From positions 118,567-182,566 of IMG/VR virus record IMGVR_UViG_3300027759_003534: a stretch of DNA of 64,000 nucleotides; one strand, written 5' to 3'. Source of the stretch: a virus. The notes under the pieces were generated by a model, which saw nothing but the letters and a program-made list of their open reading frames with translations, had not been told where the DNA came from and did no database searches. The position numbers and the translations under genes are program-made. Below, one piece after another: positions 10,898 to 20,827 of the stretch. Position 1 is the first letter of the stretch, and every line of letters begins with the position of its first letter.

Positions 10898-11912
10898 TCA
10901 AATAGAGTTGGACTTAGAAGATCTCACTGTGTACATTGATGTTTACGATAACAGTCTAGCACGTCGTTGGTTAACTGCTTTAAATGCAGTATTAATCAAT
11001 AACTTGCATCTTGAAAAAAACTACTGCTTTTTAGGTTTTGCAGAAGGGCCGCGCCAGGGTGAATTACTCATTGCAGAGATTAATCGCAGTATCAGTGCAA
11101 TTAATGCCAGTGCTGTAGACTATGCAATAGATCATACCTTTACATTGGCTCAAAGCGTAGACTCAGAGGGTGGAGTTAATCACTCAGAGTTTAATCTACT
11201 ACATCGTTACTTTGAAGACTTACAGGGCACTGCTAGTAGCCCTAGTCCTTTGTATGCAACCGCTGATTCTACCACACGCTGGCATATACGTCAGTTAAAC
11301 TTACTATGTCACGAGTTTGAATCTTGGCAACTTAGTTGGCGCAAGCTACACACAGCACCAGAATGGATGCGTCCCAGCCAACTCATGTGTTGGCTAAATG
11401 CTCCACGCTACACACTGGACCGAGAAGATTTTGAGCTGTTTGGCGTAGACACCATTAACAGAAGCTTGGGTGGTGTGTATGCAGGTGTTAACAAGGCCGT
11501 GGGCAAGCACCATTGGGAAGTGTTCCAGGATGAAGGGCGCGACAGTAGGATAGGTGAATTAACCACAACCAGCTTGGCCGCACAAACCTTGGCCTGTGCA
11601 GACTTTGATATAGAATGGGCCAACAATCCTGGCGCATATCATTGGCAGATAACGCGGTTAAAACAGTTCCGTGAATGGTTAACTGCAAACGGCTGGAACC
11701 CAGAAGATCCCGCCCTTACTATAGGACATCCCAAGATTGGTCAAGTTGACTTGCGGCGTAGTTTTGGTACAGAAGATTATTGCGAAATCTGGGCTCAGTT
11801 AAATACTCGTTTAAATGTGTCAGCCGTACGTACTAGTACAGCACAAGCTGTTTACCCGTATTCATGGACTGATGCAGACTATGCTCAACAACAAATAAAG
11901 GAACTCAAATGA
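10881..11912 (+). CDS. Hypothetical protein in radical SAM operon
   Basis: 343-aa ORF coupled to neighbours; no recognised motif. Confidence 0.75.
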   Translation: MTALLDQIELDLEDLTVYIDVYDNSLARRWLTALNAVLINNLHLEKNYCFLGFAEGPRQGELLIAEINRSISAINASAVDYAIDHTFTLAQSVDSEGGVNHSEFNLLHRYFEDLQGTASSPSPLYATADSTTRWHIRQLNLLCHEFESWQLSWRKLHTAPEWMRPSQLMCWLNAPRYTLDREDFELFGVDTINRSLGGVYAGVNKAVGKHHWEVFQDEGRDSRIGELTTTSLAAQTLACADFDIEWANNPGAYHWQITRLKQFREWLTANGWNPEDPALTIGHPKIGQVDLRRSFGTEDYCEIWAQLNTRLNVSAVRTSTAQAVYPYSWTDADYAQQQIKELK

Positions 11913-12010
11913 ACTGGATTCGTAACATATACAACCAAATTAAACTAGAGATACGCTATCGTAAGAAGCTGAAAGAACTGCGCAAGAGAGACCCGTTTAT
12001 ATACAAATGA
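11909..12010 (+). CDS. 33-aa basic peptide MNWIRNIYNQIKLEIRYRKKLKELRKRDPFIYK
   Basis: Not in the ORF track; ATGA overlaps at both ends (11909-11912, 12007-12010) indicate translational coupling. Confidence 0.75.
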   Translation: MNWIRNIYNQIKLEIRYRKKLKELRKRDPFIYK

Positions 12011-13479
12011 AACTGGCACCCAATCAATATATCTTGGGCATCAGTGCAGGCTACCACGATGCGGCTGCTGCAGTAGTTGATGTACAGGGCAATGTAGTGT
12101 TTGCTGCTCACAGTGAACGTTATAGTAAATGTAAGAATGATCCTAACATTGCCAGTGGCCTACTAGCAGAACTGTGTGACTACCAGTATGCCACAGTGGC
12201 CTACTACGAGCGTCCGTGGTTACATAACCTACAACAGTTGTATTCAGGACAACGCATACTAGGACCGTGGACCACCCGCGGCGCATTACAACAGCATCTA
12301 GGTGCCTGGTATCACAAGCCTGCAGATCGTGAAGTCAGCTACCCACATCATTTAAGCCATGCAGCTGCAGGATTCCAAACCAGTCCGTTTGAACGTGCCA
12401 CAGTAGTAGTAATAGATGCTGTAGGCGAGTTAGATACCGTGAGCATATATGGCGCTGAGTATGACCGACAGGGTCGTGCCGTATATAAAAGACTTTGGGT
12501 ACAACGTTACCCACGTAGCATAGGCCTGTTTTACAGTGCTGTTACGCAACGTGTTGGACTTGACCCCATGCATGAAGAGTACATAACCATGGGCATGGCT
12601 GCATATGGCGAACCCTGCTATGTGGAAGAGCTTAGAGCCCTACTAGACGAGAACTTACATGTGGGTTTAGACCCAGAGTTCTTGCCCAATGCCAAAGATA
12701 CAGATATCGCTGCCAGTGCCCAGGTGCTTGCAGAACAATTGATATATAACATAATGCGTCGTGCTAGAGATTTCAAGTGGAGTACTAACTTGGTCTATCA
12801 GGGCGGTGTTGCACTCAACTGTTTGGCCAATAGAAACTTAGGTGATTACTTTGAAAACGTTTGGATTATGCCTTGCCCTGGCGACGCTGGCTCTAGCCTT
12901 GGCGCTGCTGCCTTGGCCTACGGAAAGCAACTTTGCTGGAACAACGCATTCCTTGGTCAAGAAATCGCTGGAGACTATCCCGTTGATGCCATCTGTGATA
13001 GCTTACAGCATGATAGAATCTGCGGTGTCGCTAGCGGTCGGGCAGAGTTTGGACCCAGAGCTCTTGGAAATAGAAGCCTACTGGCAGACCCCCGCGGACC
13101 AGATATAAAGGAGTTAGTAAATCGAATCAAACGTAGACAACAGTTTAGACCCTTTGCACCAGTCATTTTGGAGGAGCATGTGGATCAGTATTTTGACTTG
13201 CCAGGTGGTTGGGTTGACAGTAGGTATATGCAGATCGTTGGTCGTTGTAGGCATCCTGACCTATTTCCTGCTGTTACCCATGTTGATGGCACCAGTCGCG
13301 TACAGACTGTACCGGCGGATGGATCAGGAATCAGATGTTTACTAGAAGCCTGGTATGCTAGAACAGGATGTCCCATGCTGTTGAACACCAGTCTTAACAT
13401 ACGTGGCGAACCCATGGTCAACGACCGTGCAGATGCTGATCGTTTTGAACAACTGTACGGTATAAGGGTACACAGTTAG
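12007..13479 (+). CDS. Carbamoyltransferase (NodU/CmcH family)
   Basis: HSERYSK, HHLSHAA, GGVALNC, GDAG, GRAEFGPRALGNRS, FRPFAP, HVDGTSRVQT, LNTSLN. Confidence 0.95.
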   Translation: MKLAPNQYILGISAGYHDAAAAVVDVQGNVVFAAHSERYSKCKNDPNIASGLLAELCDYQYATVAYYERPWLHNLQQLYSGQRILGPWTTRGALQQHLGAWYHKPADREVSYPHHLSHAAAGFQTSPFERATVVVIDAVGELDTVSIYGAEYDRQGRAVYKRLWVQRYPRSIGLFYSAVTQRVGLDPMHEEYITMGMAAYGEPCYVEELRALLDENLHVGLDPEFLPNAKDTDIAASAQVLAEQLIYNIMRRARDFKWSTNLVYQGGVALNCLANRNLGDYFENVWIMPCPGDAGSSLGAAALAYGKQLCWNNAFLGQEIAGDYPVDAICDSLQHDRICGVASGRAEFGPRALGNRSLLADPRGPDIKELVNRIKRRQQFRPFAPVILEEHVDQYFDLPGGWVDSRYMQIVGRCRHPDLFPAVTHVDGTSRVQTVPADGSGIRCLLEAWYARTGCPMLLNTSLNIRGEPMVNDRADADRFEQLYGIRVHS

Positions 13480-13480
13480 C

Positions 13481-14215
13481 ATGGACCGCGCCGTTATATT
13501 TGTGGGTGACAGCTACTGTGCCACTACAGACCAAAGCACCTATGATTTTAGCGGACGACCGCGGCATCAATGCTACGTTAAAGATAGCCCTGGGCATCCG
13601 GCCTTGGTTAGTGAACACTACCGAGCAGAACTGGTGTGCCATGGCTATTGGGGTAAAAGCTGGTGGTATAGTCGCCACCGGTTGCAACAAGCACTCAAAC
13701 AGGATCCAGGCCTGTTGGCCCGCACTAGAGCTGTGGTATTTTGTCATACAGATTCGGGTAGAATAAACAGCTCCAATAAAGATCTAACTGTAATGCACTT
13801 TCCACGGCTGTATGATCCTGTCAGGCAGAACATGCCGTATGATCCAGGACTGGCTGACGCAAGCCGGTTGTGGCTCATGCACCTCCACGATTATGAATTC
13901 CAGGACTGGGCACAACAGCAGTACTTTCGCGAACTGGCACGCGAATACAGCACAGTAAAGACCATACACTTTCATTGTTTTAAGCACACGGTCCAGTACA
14001 GTGACTTGTTACCGGGCATGGTATACACTACTCCGCTGATAGAGATCTCTAAGAGAGAATCTGGTGCAGACGAGAGAAGTTTTGTACAAGATGGCAGAGC
14101 CAACCACATGAACGCACACAACAACCGGGCCCTAGCCCAGGTTATTATCAGTGCTATAGACAACTATAGTCCTGGACTACATACAATCAACCTAACAGGA
14201 TTCGACCTCATATGA
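13481..14215 (+). CDS. Hypothetical protein, SGNH-like
   Basis: N-terminal FVGDSY and C-terminal NHMN resemble SGNH blocks I and V. Confidence 0.5.
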   Translation: MDRAVIFVGDSYCATTDQSTYDFSGRPRHQCYVKDSPGHPALVSEHYRAELVCHGYWGKSWWYSRHRLQQALKQDPGLLARTRAVVFCHTDSGRINSSNKDLTVMHFPRLYDPVRQNMPYDPGLADASRLWLMHLHDYEFQDWAQQQYFRELAREYSTVKTIHFHCFKHTVQYSDLLPGMVYTTPLIEISKRESGADERSFVQDGRANHMNAHNNRALAQVIISAIDNYSPGLHTINLTGFDLI

Positions 14216-14257
14216 AACCAGTATTCCCTATACCCACCGCTCAGGACTGCCGCTAGC

Positions 14258-14923
14258 ATGTACTTTCATCACAATAATCAAGTGGCCTGGCTCAGCATAG
14301 CTAAAAACGCATGTCGTAGTTGGGAGCGGGTGTTTGACAATCTGGGCTGGGTCAAAGAAGACCTGTGGAAACCTACTGTGGATATTGCACAGTTGGAGTT
14401 CTTTGGATTACTACGTTGGCCCACTGTGAGACACACCATGGGTGTGATTGAGTTTCTGGAGCAGACTGGTCAGTTGGCCCTGTTGCACAACCCTGAAGTG
14501 AATCGCTTGCTGGTGTCAGCTGTGTTTGATCAGCACAGCTATACAGTGAGTCAGATGATACCAGCCCACATTGTCGAACGTACCACATGGTTCATAATTG
14601 ATCAGGTCAATTGGGACTACGAGCAACTGGTACAAAACTATCTACACAGCCATGGAGTAGAAATTGCCGTTCCTGTGCCTAGAATCACAGATGCTAGACC
14701 CACCACTCGACCTGGTCGAATCGAGCTGACCAAGCTGAAACAAAAATACAGCGATGATTATGCCCGGTTGGTAAAAAACTTCTTGGATGCAGATATTAAA
14801 CTGTATGAACGCACAATAGGGATACAATATCTGCACCGTGGCCCTACACAGTCCCGTCTGGAATCGGTCACCAGGTCGGAATTTTATCCTTGGCTAGCCG
14901 CTGAAGACTGGCTTCAATCCTGA
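14258..14923 (+). CDS. Sulfotransferase-like protein
   Basis: LSIAKNACRSW (5'-PSB-like) and GLLRWPTVR (3'-PB-like). Confidence 0.45.
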   Translation: MYFHHNNQVAWLSIAKNACRSWERVFDNLGWVKEDLWKPTVDIAQLEFFGLLRWPTVRHTMGVIEFLEQTGQLALLHNPEVNRLLVSAVFDQHSYTVSQMIPAHIVERTTWFIIDQVNWDYEQLVQNYLHSHGVEIAVPVPRITDARPTTRPGRIELTKLKQKYSDDYARLVKNFLDADIKLYERTIGIQYLHRGPTQSRLESVTRSEFYPWLAAEDWLQS

Positions 14924-14927
14924 CAGA

Positions 14928-15962
14928 TTATAGATACTGTTCCAGTCCACCGCGGCGGCGTAGATCCTGTGTACAGCATGAAATGCCACCGTCCCAGAAG
15001 TAACTATGTCGCAGTTCACTAATGATGGGTTCAATACCGTGGCTCCTACAGAAGTCAAACACTGGCTTGTTATAAGCACTGAAGATCACATTAGATTCAT
15101 CCAAGACCAAGCAGTTGACATCAAACACTGTTTCGGCCACAAAGCCGGTCCACTTTGACAGGTAGGTATCTACGAAACTAGTAAATTCTGGCGTGGGTGT
15201 TGACCCTTGCACATACCATGCTCCTGGACTAGTTTCATACTTGAACTTGCCCACTTCCATGGCCGCCCATATGCTCGAATCCCACACCTTGCATACCGAC
15301 CAACCTGGAAAGTCTCTGGCCAGATCAAGATGCATGTCGTGTTTACTGCTTAATATAACACCCGGCTTGAGGATAGCAAATACAGCATCTCCGTGTCCGT
15401 CTGTTACTGCTTCGTGTATACGATAACGCGAATCCAGCACATTCGCCACTATCCAAGCTGTCTGTTCCGGTCGCAAATAGTCACTATTATCAAAGAACAC
15501 ATCGCGCCCTACACGTACTATACAACTAGCTGACGCACCATTTAATATGCAATCAGTATCCCACGCTGACCTGTGTGGGTTAACAACTTGATCGCCAAAG
15601 TCTGCACATATTCGATCCAGTTCCGGCATGGCCAATACACGCAACAAACGATCACCCAGACTTATCTGCCAATCACGCGGAGTCAAGGGCGGTAGCGGGG
15701 CTCCTGAACCTGCAGTCTGATGCCATACAAATGAGTCTTTGCTGGGCAAGTCCGGACGACGTACACGGGCACCATAAGTCTCTATAACGCGACTTAATGC
15801 ATCTAAATCTTCTTCAGTTTCGGCTAATATTTGTTGCAACTGATGCCGCACTTGAGCATTGTCAATAAAGTCAAAATAGTCAGGACTATATGCCCGCCCT
15901 ACTATGACTTCTTCAAGCGGTTGCCAACTGGTATAACTGCTGATTCCTTCGGTATTATTCAT
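14928..15962 (-). CDS. Second amidinotransferase
   Basis: PLEEVIVG, LTPRD, GHGDA, WDGGISCC; paralogue of 489 ORF. Confidence 0.9.
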   Translation of the reverse strand: MNNTEGISSYTSWQPLEEVIVGRAYSPDYFDFIDNAQVRHQLQQILAETEEDLDALSRVIETYGARVRRPDLPSKDSFVWHQTAGSGAPLPPLTPRDWQISLGDRLLRVLAMPELDRICADFGDQVVNPHRSAWDTDCILNGASASCIVRVGRDVFFDNSDYLRPEQTAWIVANVLDSRYRIHEAVTDGHGDAVFAILKPGVILSSKHDMHLDLARDFPGWSVCKVWDSSIWAAMEVGKFKYETSPGAWYVQGSTPTPEFTSFVDTYLSKWTGFVAETVFDVNCLVLDESNVIFSAYNKPVFDFCRSHGIEPIISELRHSYFWDGGISCCTQDLRRRGGLEQYL

Positions 15963-17166
15963 TGTGTAATCTTTCGTATAAGCTATTTAAACGATCATAT
16001 TTACTGGCCAAAAATAATGCTTGATTATGTTCTAAGTCCCGTACACAGCTATTATACAGTGTAGTAGGATCTACTAGTAGTAGTTTGCGTATAGTAGCGA
16101 TTACAGCTAGATAACGCTGAGTATTATCCGCAATATGATCATATGAATTATCCAACACTGTGTCAAAGGTTCTATAGCCCATACGACGTAAACTAGCAAG
16201 CGATCCTGCTGGTGCAAACAACACAAACGGGTGACCATGCTTGATACACTTAAAGGTCTTTTCGGTTAGGAAAGCACCGCCCGACCCGTCGGCATCAAAG
16301 TGAGTTTCTAATATGATACTACACGCTGTAGACTCATAGTGTTGTGCTACGTGTTGACTGTGATCATTGTGCTGTGTGCTATCAAGCGCATCACATGTGT
16401 AAGGACCTGCTGTTAAGAACTTTTCTATATCTGACCGTATATCTAGTGTATCAAGCTCGACGGGACAGTCTTCTATACGATCGCCTACTGTTATGGCTGT
16501 ATTATAGCTCCACACAGCTGATCGCAACAATTCCTGGCGTTTAAGGTCCGTTACAACCGACGCTCGCCACCACTTGTGCGATCTAGACAATAATAAAAAA
16601 CTTGACCTCATGGGAACCCCGGTTTTAAGGAATTCTGGCTGTTTTGCTGGTATTTGACTATTTCTCATATAATATAATAACTCATGATCTGCGAAGTGTA
16701 CACAGCGTTCTATAGCATCTGCTGCTGTGTTTCCTGACACTAATCTATATACGTCCACGGGCAAGTCGTTCTTGATACATAGAGCATCTAACCGTTGTTT
16801 TATCCTTTTCGGGTCATCACCTTCATGATAATAAAATAATATCCTTAGGTTGCGTGTATTATCTGCTAATACGCATTTAATGTCGGGCGGTAACAGTGCT
16901 ACATAGTCTATCTCAAAACAAAAGAACCCAAACTGTACAGGATACCAGTGTCGCGCAGTATTAGCACTGTGCAAATACTCAAGGGTAGTCTTTAACTCAA
17001 AAAGATACCCATGCGCTTCACAGTGTGTGATCAACTCAACAGGTACTGTATACGGTCGATATTGTGAAAACTCACGCCAACTCTGTGTATACGGTTCAGC
17101 GGCATGAACAGCTAGATTGGGATATGCTCGCCCACGTTGGATACGATCTACGACAAATCTGAACAT
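15955..17166 (-). CDS. GT10-like putative glycosyltransferase
   Basis: SIILETHF...FLTEKTFKCIKHGHPFV...GYRTFD. Confidence 0.5.
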   Translation of the reverse strand: MFRFVVDRIQRGRAYPNLAVHAAEPYTQSWREFSQYRPYTVPVELITHCEAHGYLFELKTTLEYLHSANTARHWYPVQFGFFCFEIDYVALLPPDIKCVLADNTRNLRILFYYHEGDDPKRIKQRLDALCIKNDLPVDVYRLVSGNTAADAIERCVHFADHELLYYMRNSQIPAKQPEFLKTGVPMRSSFLLLSRSHKWWRASVVTDLKRQELLRSAVWSYNTAITVGDRIEDCPVELDTLDIRSDIEKFLTAGPYTCDALDSTQHNDHSQHVAQHYESTACSIILETHFDADGSGGAFLTEKTFKCIKHGHPFVLFAPAGSLASLRRMGYRTFDTVLDNSYDHIADNTQRYLAVIATIRKLLLVDPTTLYNSCVRDLEHNQALFLASKYDRLNSLYERLHNE

Positions 17167-18419
17167 AGGGTCTTTAACATTTGCTTTAATTCAACCTCTA
17201 GCACATCCCTGAATCCACCACGGTAGAAATGGTTCCAGTTGTGCTCTACTACAGGCAAAAGATCTTGTTGCAGTTGCTTTTTCGCAGCAGCGCTTCGCGC
17301 ATCTATCTCTAGTAATAGCTGGGCCACGGCCTCGATTCTTAGCACTGGGTCAGTTATGGTATCGTAGGTTTCATCTATATACGGAGCAAATGTTCTAAAT
17401 CCGTATTCTCTCAAGTATTCGAGACTGTGTGCGGGTGCTACCAGAACAAACGGCATTTCTAATGCTATTGCTTTGAATGTTTTTTCTGTCAAGTGAGTTC
17501 TGCGCCCAAAATACACTGTTTCAGTGGGCACATATATCATACTGTCGGCCGCTTCGGCCCAGTTGCCCAATTGATAACTGTGCATCAGTTGTTCTGCTTC
17601 GCCCTCAAATGTACAGGGCAAATCAGCCTGTTTAAACACTTGCTCTATGTCGGGATATATGTTATTATACTTGCTAGCCACTTGGCTTATATCTACACCT
17701 TCGTACTGGCAGAATCTTGGTGCTGATATATGGTTATGTTGCAGGTTGTTTTTGAATATGTTATAAAGGAATAGCACACGATGATCTCTTTTACCACCCA
17801 CAATACGATTGGGACTCATAAAGGTCTGTTGTGGATCTCGATCTCTTGCACGGGCTATTAAATATGTTTGATCATATCCGCGGAACCAATCTAAACAAGC
17901 CCATCCGTGATAAAAATAATAGTGTGCTGTCCAACCGTATTGTTTGGTCAATTCTTCAACATATTCGCCCTTTTCTGACACTACAATATGTCCCAAGTTA
18001 AACAGTTCGGTATTGTGTTTTCTAAACTCGGTAAATTTATCACGGCTATTTCTATAAAAATCAATAGCATTGCTGGGCTGACTCATAATAGCTTGTTTGG
18101 CCTGTGCTTGATAGTCAGTATCGGGCCAGTTTAATCTGGGGTTAACTAGGTGATCTGCAATGCTGTTTTGAGATAATATTAAATCGTAATTTCTCAACAG
18201 CACTTCGTCAAATAACGGTTTAAAAATGTCCAAATGTACAGGTTCTTGATCGTGAAAGTATATGTAATCAGTTTCTACTGCATCATCACTGCCCATGTTA
18301 AATAAACAATCAGGGCTGGTATTGCCCGGTGGATCACAAAAAAATACTCTAGTTCCAGATTTATTTTGCTCTATCCAGGGCCAGAAAGTATTGTTGTATA
18401 TTTCGTCTATTCTAATCAT
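17148..18419 (-). CDS. GT10-like putative glycosyltransferase
   Basis: ETVYFG..HLTEKTFKAIALEMPFV...GFRTF. Confidence 0.5.
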   Translation of the reverse strand: MIRIDEIYNNTFWPWIEQNKSGTRVFFCDPPGNTSPDCLFNMGSDDAVETDYIYFHDQEPVHLDIFKPLFDEVLLRNYDLILSQNSIADHLVNPRLNWPDTDYQAQAKQAIMSQPSNAIDFYRNSRDKFTEFRKHNTELFNLGHIVVSEKGEYVEELTKQYGWTAHYYFYHGWACLDWFRGYDQTYLIARARDRDPQQTFMSPNRIVGGKRDHRVLFLYNIFKNNLQHNHISAPRFCQYEGVDISQVASKYNNIYPDIEQVFKQADLPCTFEGEAEQLMHSYQLGNWAEAADSMIYVPTETVYFGRRTHLTEKTFKAIALEMPFVLVAPAHSLEYLREYGFRTFAPYIDETYDTITDPVLRIEAVAQLLLEIDARSAAAKKQLQQDLLPVVEHNWNHFYRGGFRDVLEVELKQMLKTLCSDLS

Positions 18420-18421
18420 TT

Positions 18422-20827
18422 ATGTTTGATATCTTTTATTCGGGAACTAAACCCAACTTATTTGCTCACGAGCGTGAAGCTCGAGATATAGAGCATGCAC
18501 GGACTCTAAGTCGTACTAGGTATTTTTGGTGGACCAATTATTTAACTGACTACACAGACTTTGACTTTTTATTTGAGCCGGTGCCGTGGCAAGCAGAATA
18601 TACTCATACTTGGCCCAGTCAATGGCATGAGTATTCGGGCACTTATCTTGTACCCGTAAATAATACACAAATACAATATTATTTTAATCAGCAAATACTG
18701 CCAAATCGAGATAGTAGCGGCAATTATAATAAAATAAAAGATAATATTGGCTTTGATTATACCTGGGCACCACATCCGTTTGATCCGCCATTTAATTACG
18801 TTTTTGGTAATCAATGGTATCCAGCAAATAAAATGCCCACAGTAGAATATCGGATGCCAGGCGCAGAAGAAACAAAATATATTTTTACTCCCAGAGCAGA
18901 GCTATTATCTAACAAAGACGATTGTTGGCAGACTTTAATTGCGTGTGAGTTTGATTATTCGTGGGTGCCCGATCCTGGCGACCCACCTTATATTTACATA
19001 TTTGGTAATCAGTGGTGGCCTGCTGTTAAAATGCCCACAGTAAAATATACTGTGCCCGGTGCAACTGAAATAAAGTATATGCCTTATCCTAGGGCACAAT
19101 TACTAATTAAAAATAATCAAGATAATTGGGAAATACCTGCAGATATTGATGCAGAAACATTTGATTATTCGTGGGTGCCCGATCCTGGAGATCCGCCGTT
19201 GGTATATCAATTCGGCACACAATGGCAAAAAACTGGTGGCCCTAAATATCGTGTAGCAGGTGCAACGGAAATAAAGTACATTACAGAACCCAGAGCTGAT
19301 AAAATTGTGCAAGATAATAATTGGACAATTCCGGATAATGTAGATACTAGTTCATTTGATTTTACCTGGCATCCGGACACAACAGAACAACCCTACATAT
19401 ATCAATTTGGTACACAGCATCAACGCACAGGTGGCCCACAATATCATGTTAAAGGCGCAACAGAAATCAAATATATTGATCAAATTAAAATTAAAACAGA
19501 GCGTGTTGCGTCTGCTATCTACGAAATAGATCATTTAGATGGTGCTGCAGGGCAACGTGCTGATGTGTTTCGAACTGTTAGATATTTTGACAATTATTTA
19601 GATACATTAAAACGCATAGCTAAAAATGCTCCAGATGATCAGGAGTTTGTTTGGATTTGCTCCAGCATCTGTGATTATAAAGATTTTGACTTTACATGGC
19701 ATCCAGAAGTATGGCAAGCAGGTATGCTACATGTATTTCCCAGTGATGGAGAAAAGTTTGGAGATACTTTCTTTATGCATGTTCCATCATTTCAATATCG
19801 TGCAGATAAGTTACAGTTATTGGATTGGTATGATGTTAATTATATGGATAAGAGTGTGCCACGCAGACCCGTGCCCATCGTACGACATAATTATGATACA
19901 CATGTAGAAGCAGTTAAACAAATAAATTTCGATGGACCCTTGGCTATTTTTACTACCGAAGATAAGCCGGATTATAATATACCCGCTGTTCCGCTGTGGA
20001 GAGAAAAGACCAAAACTATTGTGCCGTTAAGTGCTGGCGCTGGAATAACTATAATTCCTAAAGTGTGTGTTCCTTATATAAAGACGCAATTATATGATTA
20101 TCCCAATATACTTCGTACACAGCGGCATTTATATTCAGATACTCCGTTAGACATAGTGTTTATAGATAATGGCGAATCGAATGCAGAACAAAATTGGACA
20201 TTTTTAAATATAACAACCGCAAATAATAATAATCGAATACATCGCAGTTCAGGAGTCACGGGTCGAGTTGCAGCTTATCGTGCGGCTGCAGAATTAAGTA
20301 CCACTCCTTGGTTTTTTGCTGTATTTGCTAAATTAAAAATTGATCCCTTATTTAATTTTAATTGGCAACCTGATCGTTTACAGGAACCTAAGCATTATAT
20401 TTTTCATGCACAAAATCCTGTAAATGCATTAGTATATGGACATCAAGCCATGATAGCATATAATAAACAATTGGTATTGGAAAATACTGCACTGGGATTA
20501 GACTTTACCCTAGATCAAGCACACGAAGTAGTTCCTATCGTTTCAGGAACAGCTAATTATCACACAGATGCTTGGTCATGCTGGCGTACAGCATTTAGAG
20601 AATGTATTAAATTACAAAATAGTCCAGATGTAGAAAGTCAGTATCGTTTACGTCAATGGCTTACTAAAGATACTACCGAAGAACAATGGAGTCTTAAAGG
20701 TGCAGAAGATGCTGTGGAATATTACGATAGTGTTGCGGGAGACTTTGCTGAATTGAAGAAAAGCTATGACTGGGCCTGGTTGGCTAGTTATGCTTTGTTA
20801 AAGCGGAATCTAATACCGAGTCAATAA
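18422..20827 (+). CDS. 801-aa protein with tandem FDxxWxP repeats and possible glycosyltransferase-like C-terminus
   Basis: Long ORF; four ~65-70-aa internal repeats; C-terminal DIVFID..AYRAAA...WFFAVFAKL domain. Confidence 0.8.
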   Translation: MFDIFYSGTKPNLFAHEREARDIEHARTLSRTRYFWWTNYLTDYTDFDFLFEPVPWQAEYTHTWPSQWHEYSGTYLVPVNNTQIQYYFNQQILPNRDSSGNYNKIKDNIGFDYTWAPHPFDPPFNYVFGNQWYPANKMPTVEYRMPGAEETKYIFTPRAELLSNKDDCWQTLIACEFDYSWVPDPGDPPYIYIFGNQWWPAVKMPTVKYTVPGATEIKYMPYPRAQLLIKNNQDNWEIPADIDAETFDYSWVPDPGDPPLVYQFGTQWQKTGGPKYRVAGATEIKYITEPRADKIVQDNNWTIPDNVDTSSFDFTWHPDTTEQPYIYQFGTQHQRTGGPQYHVKGATEIKYIDQIKIKTERVASAIYEIDHLDGAAGQRADVFRTVRYFDNYLDTLKRIAKNAPDDQEFVWICSSICDYKDFDFTWHPEVWQAGMLHVFPSDGEKFGDTFFMHVPSFQYRADKLQLLDWYDVNYMDKSVPRRPVPIVRHNYDTHVEAVKQINFDGPLAIFTTEDKPDYNIPAVPLWREKTKTIVPLSAGAGITIIPKVCVPYIKTQLYDYPNILRTQRHLYSDTPLDIVFIDNGESNAEQNWTFLNITTANNNNRIHRSSGVTGRVAAYRAAAELSTTPWFFAVFAKLKIDPLFNFNWQPDRLQEPKHYIFHAQNPVNALVYGHQAMIAYNKQLVLENTALGLDFTLDQAHEVVPIVSGTANYHTDAWSCWRTAFRECIKLQNSPDVESQYRLRQWLTKDTTEEQWSLKGAEDAVEYYDSVAGDFAELKKSYDWAWLASYALLKRNLIPSQ
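18752..19490 (+). repeat. Four tandem intragenic repeats (FDY/FxWxPDPGDPPxxYxFGxQW...GAxExKY)
   Basis: 29-nt identity tttgattattcgtgggtgcccgatcctgg at 18950-18978 and 19160-19188 (210-nt period). Confidence 0.9.

Noticed and set aside
489-13479. Saxitoxin-type cluster (SxtG/SxtI/SxtK analogy)
   Set aside because: No SxtA PKS-like enzyme or other core sxt genes; the similarity is only at enzyme-family level
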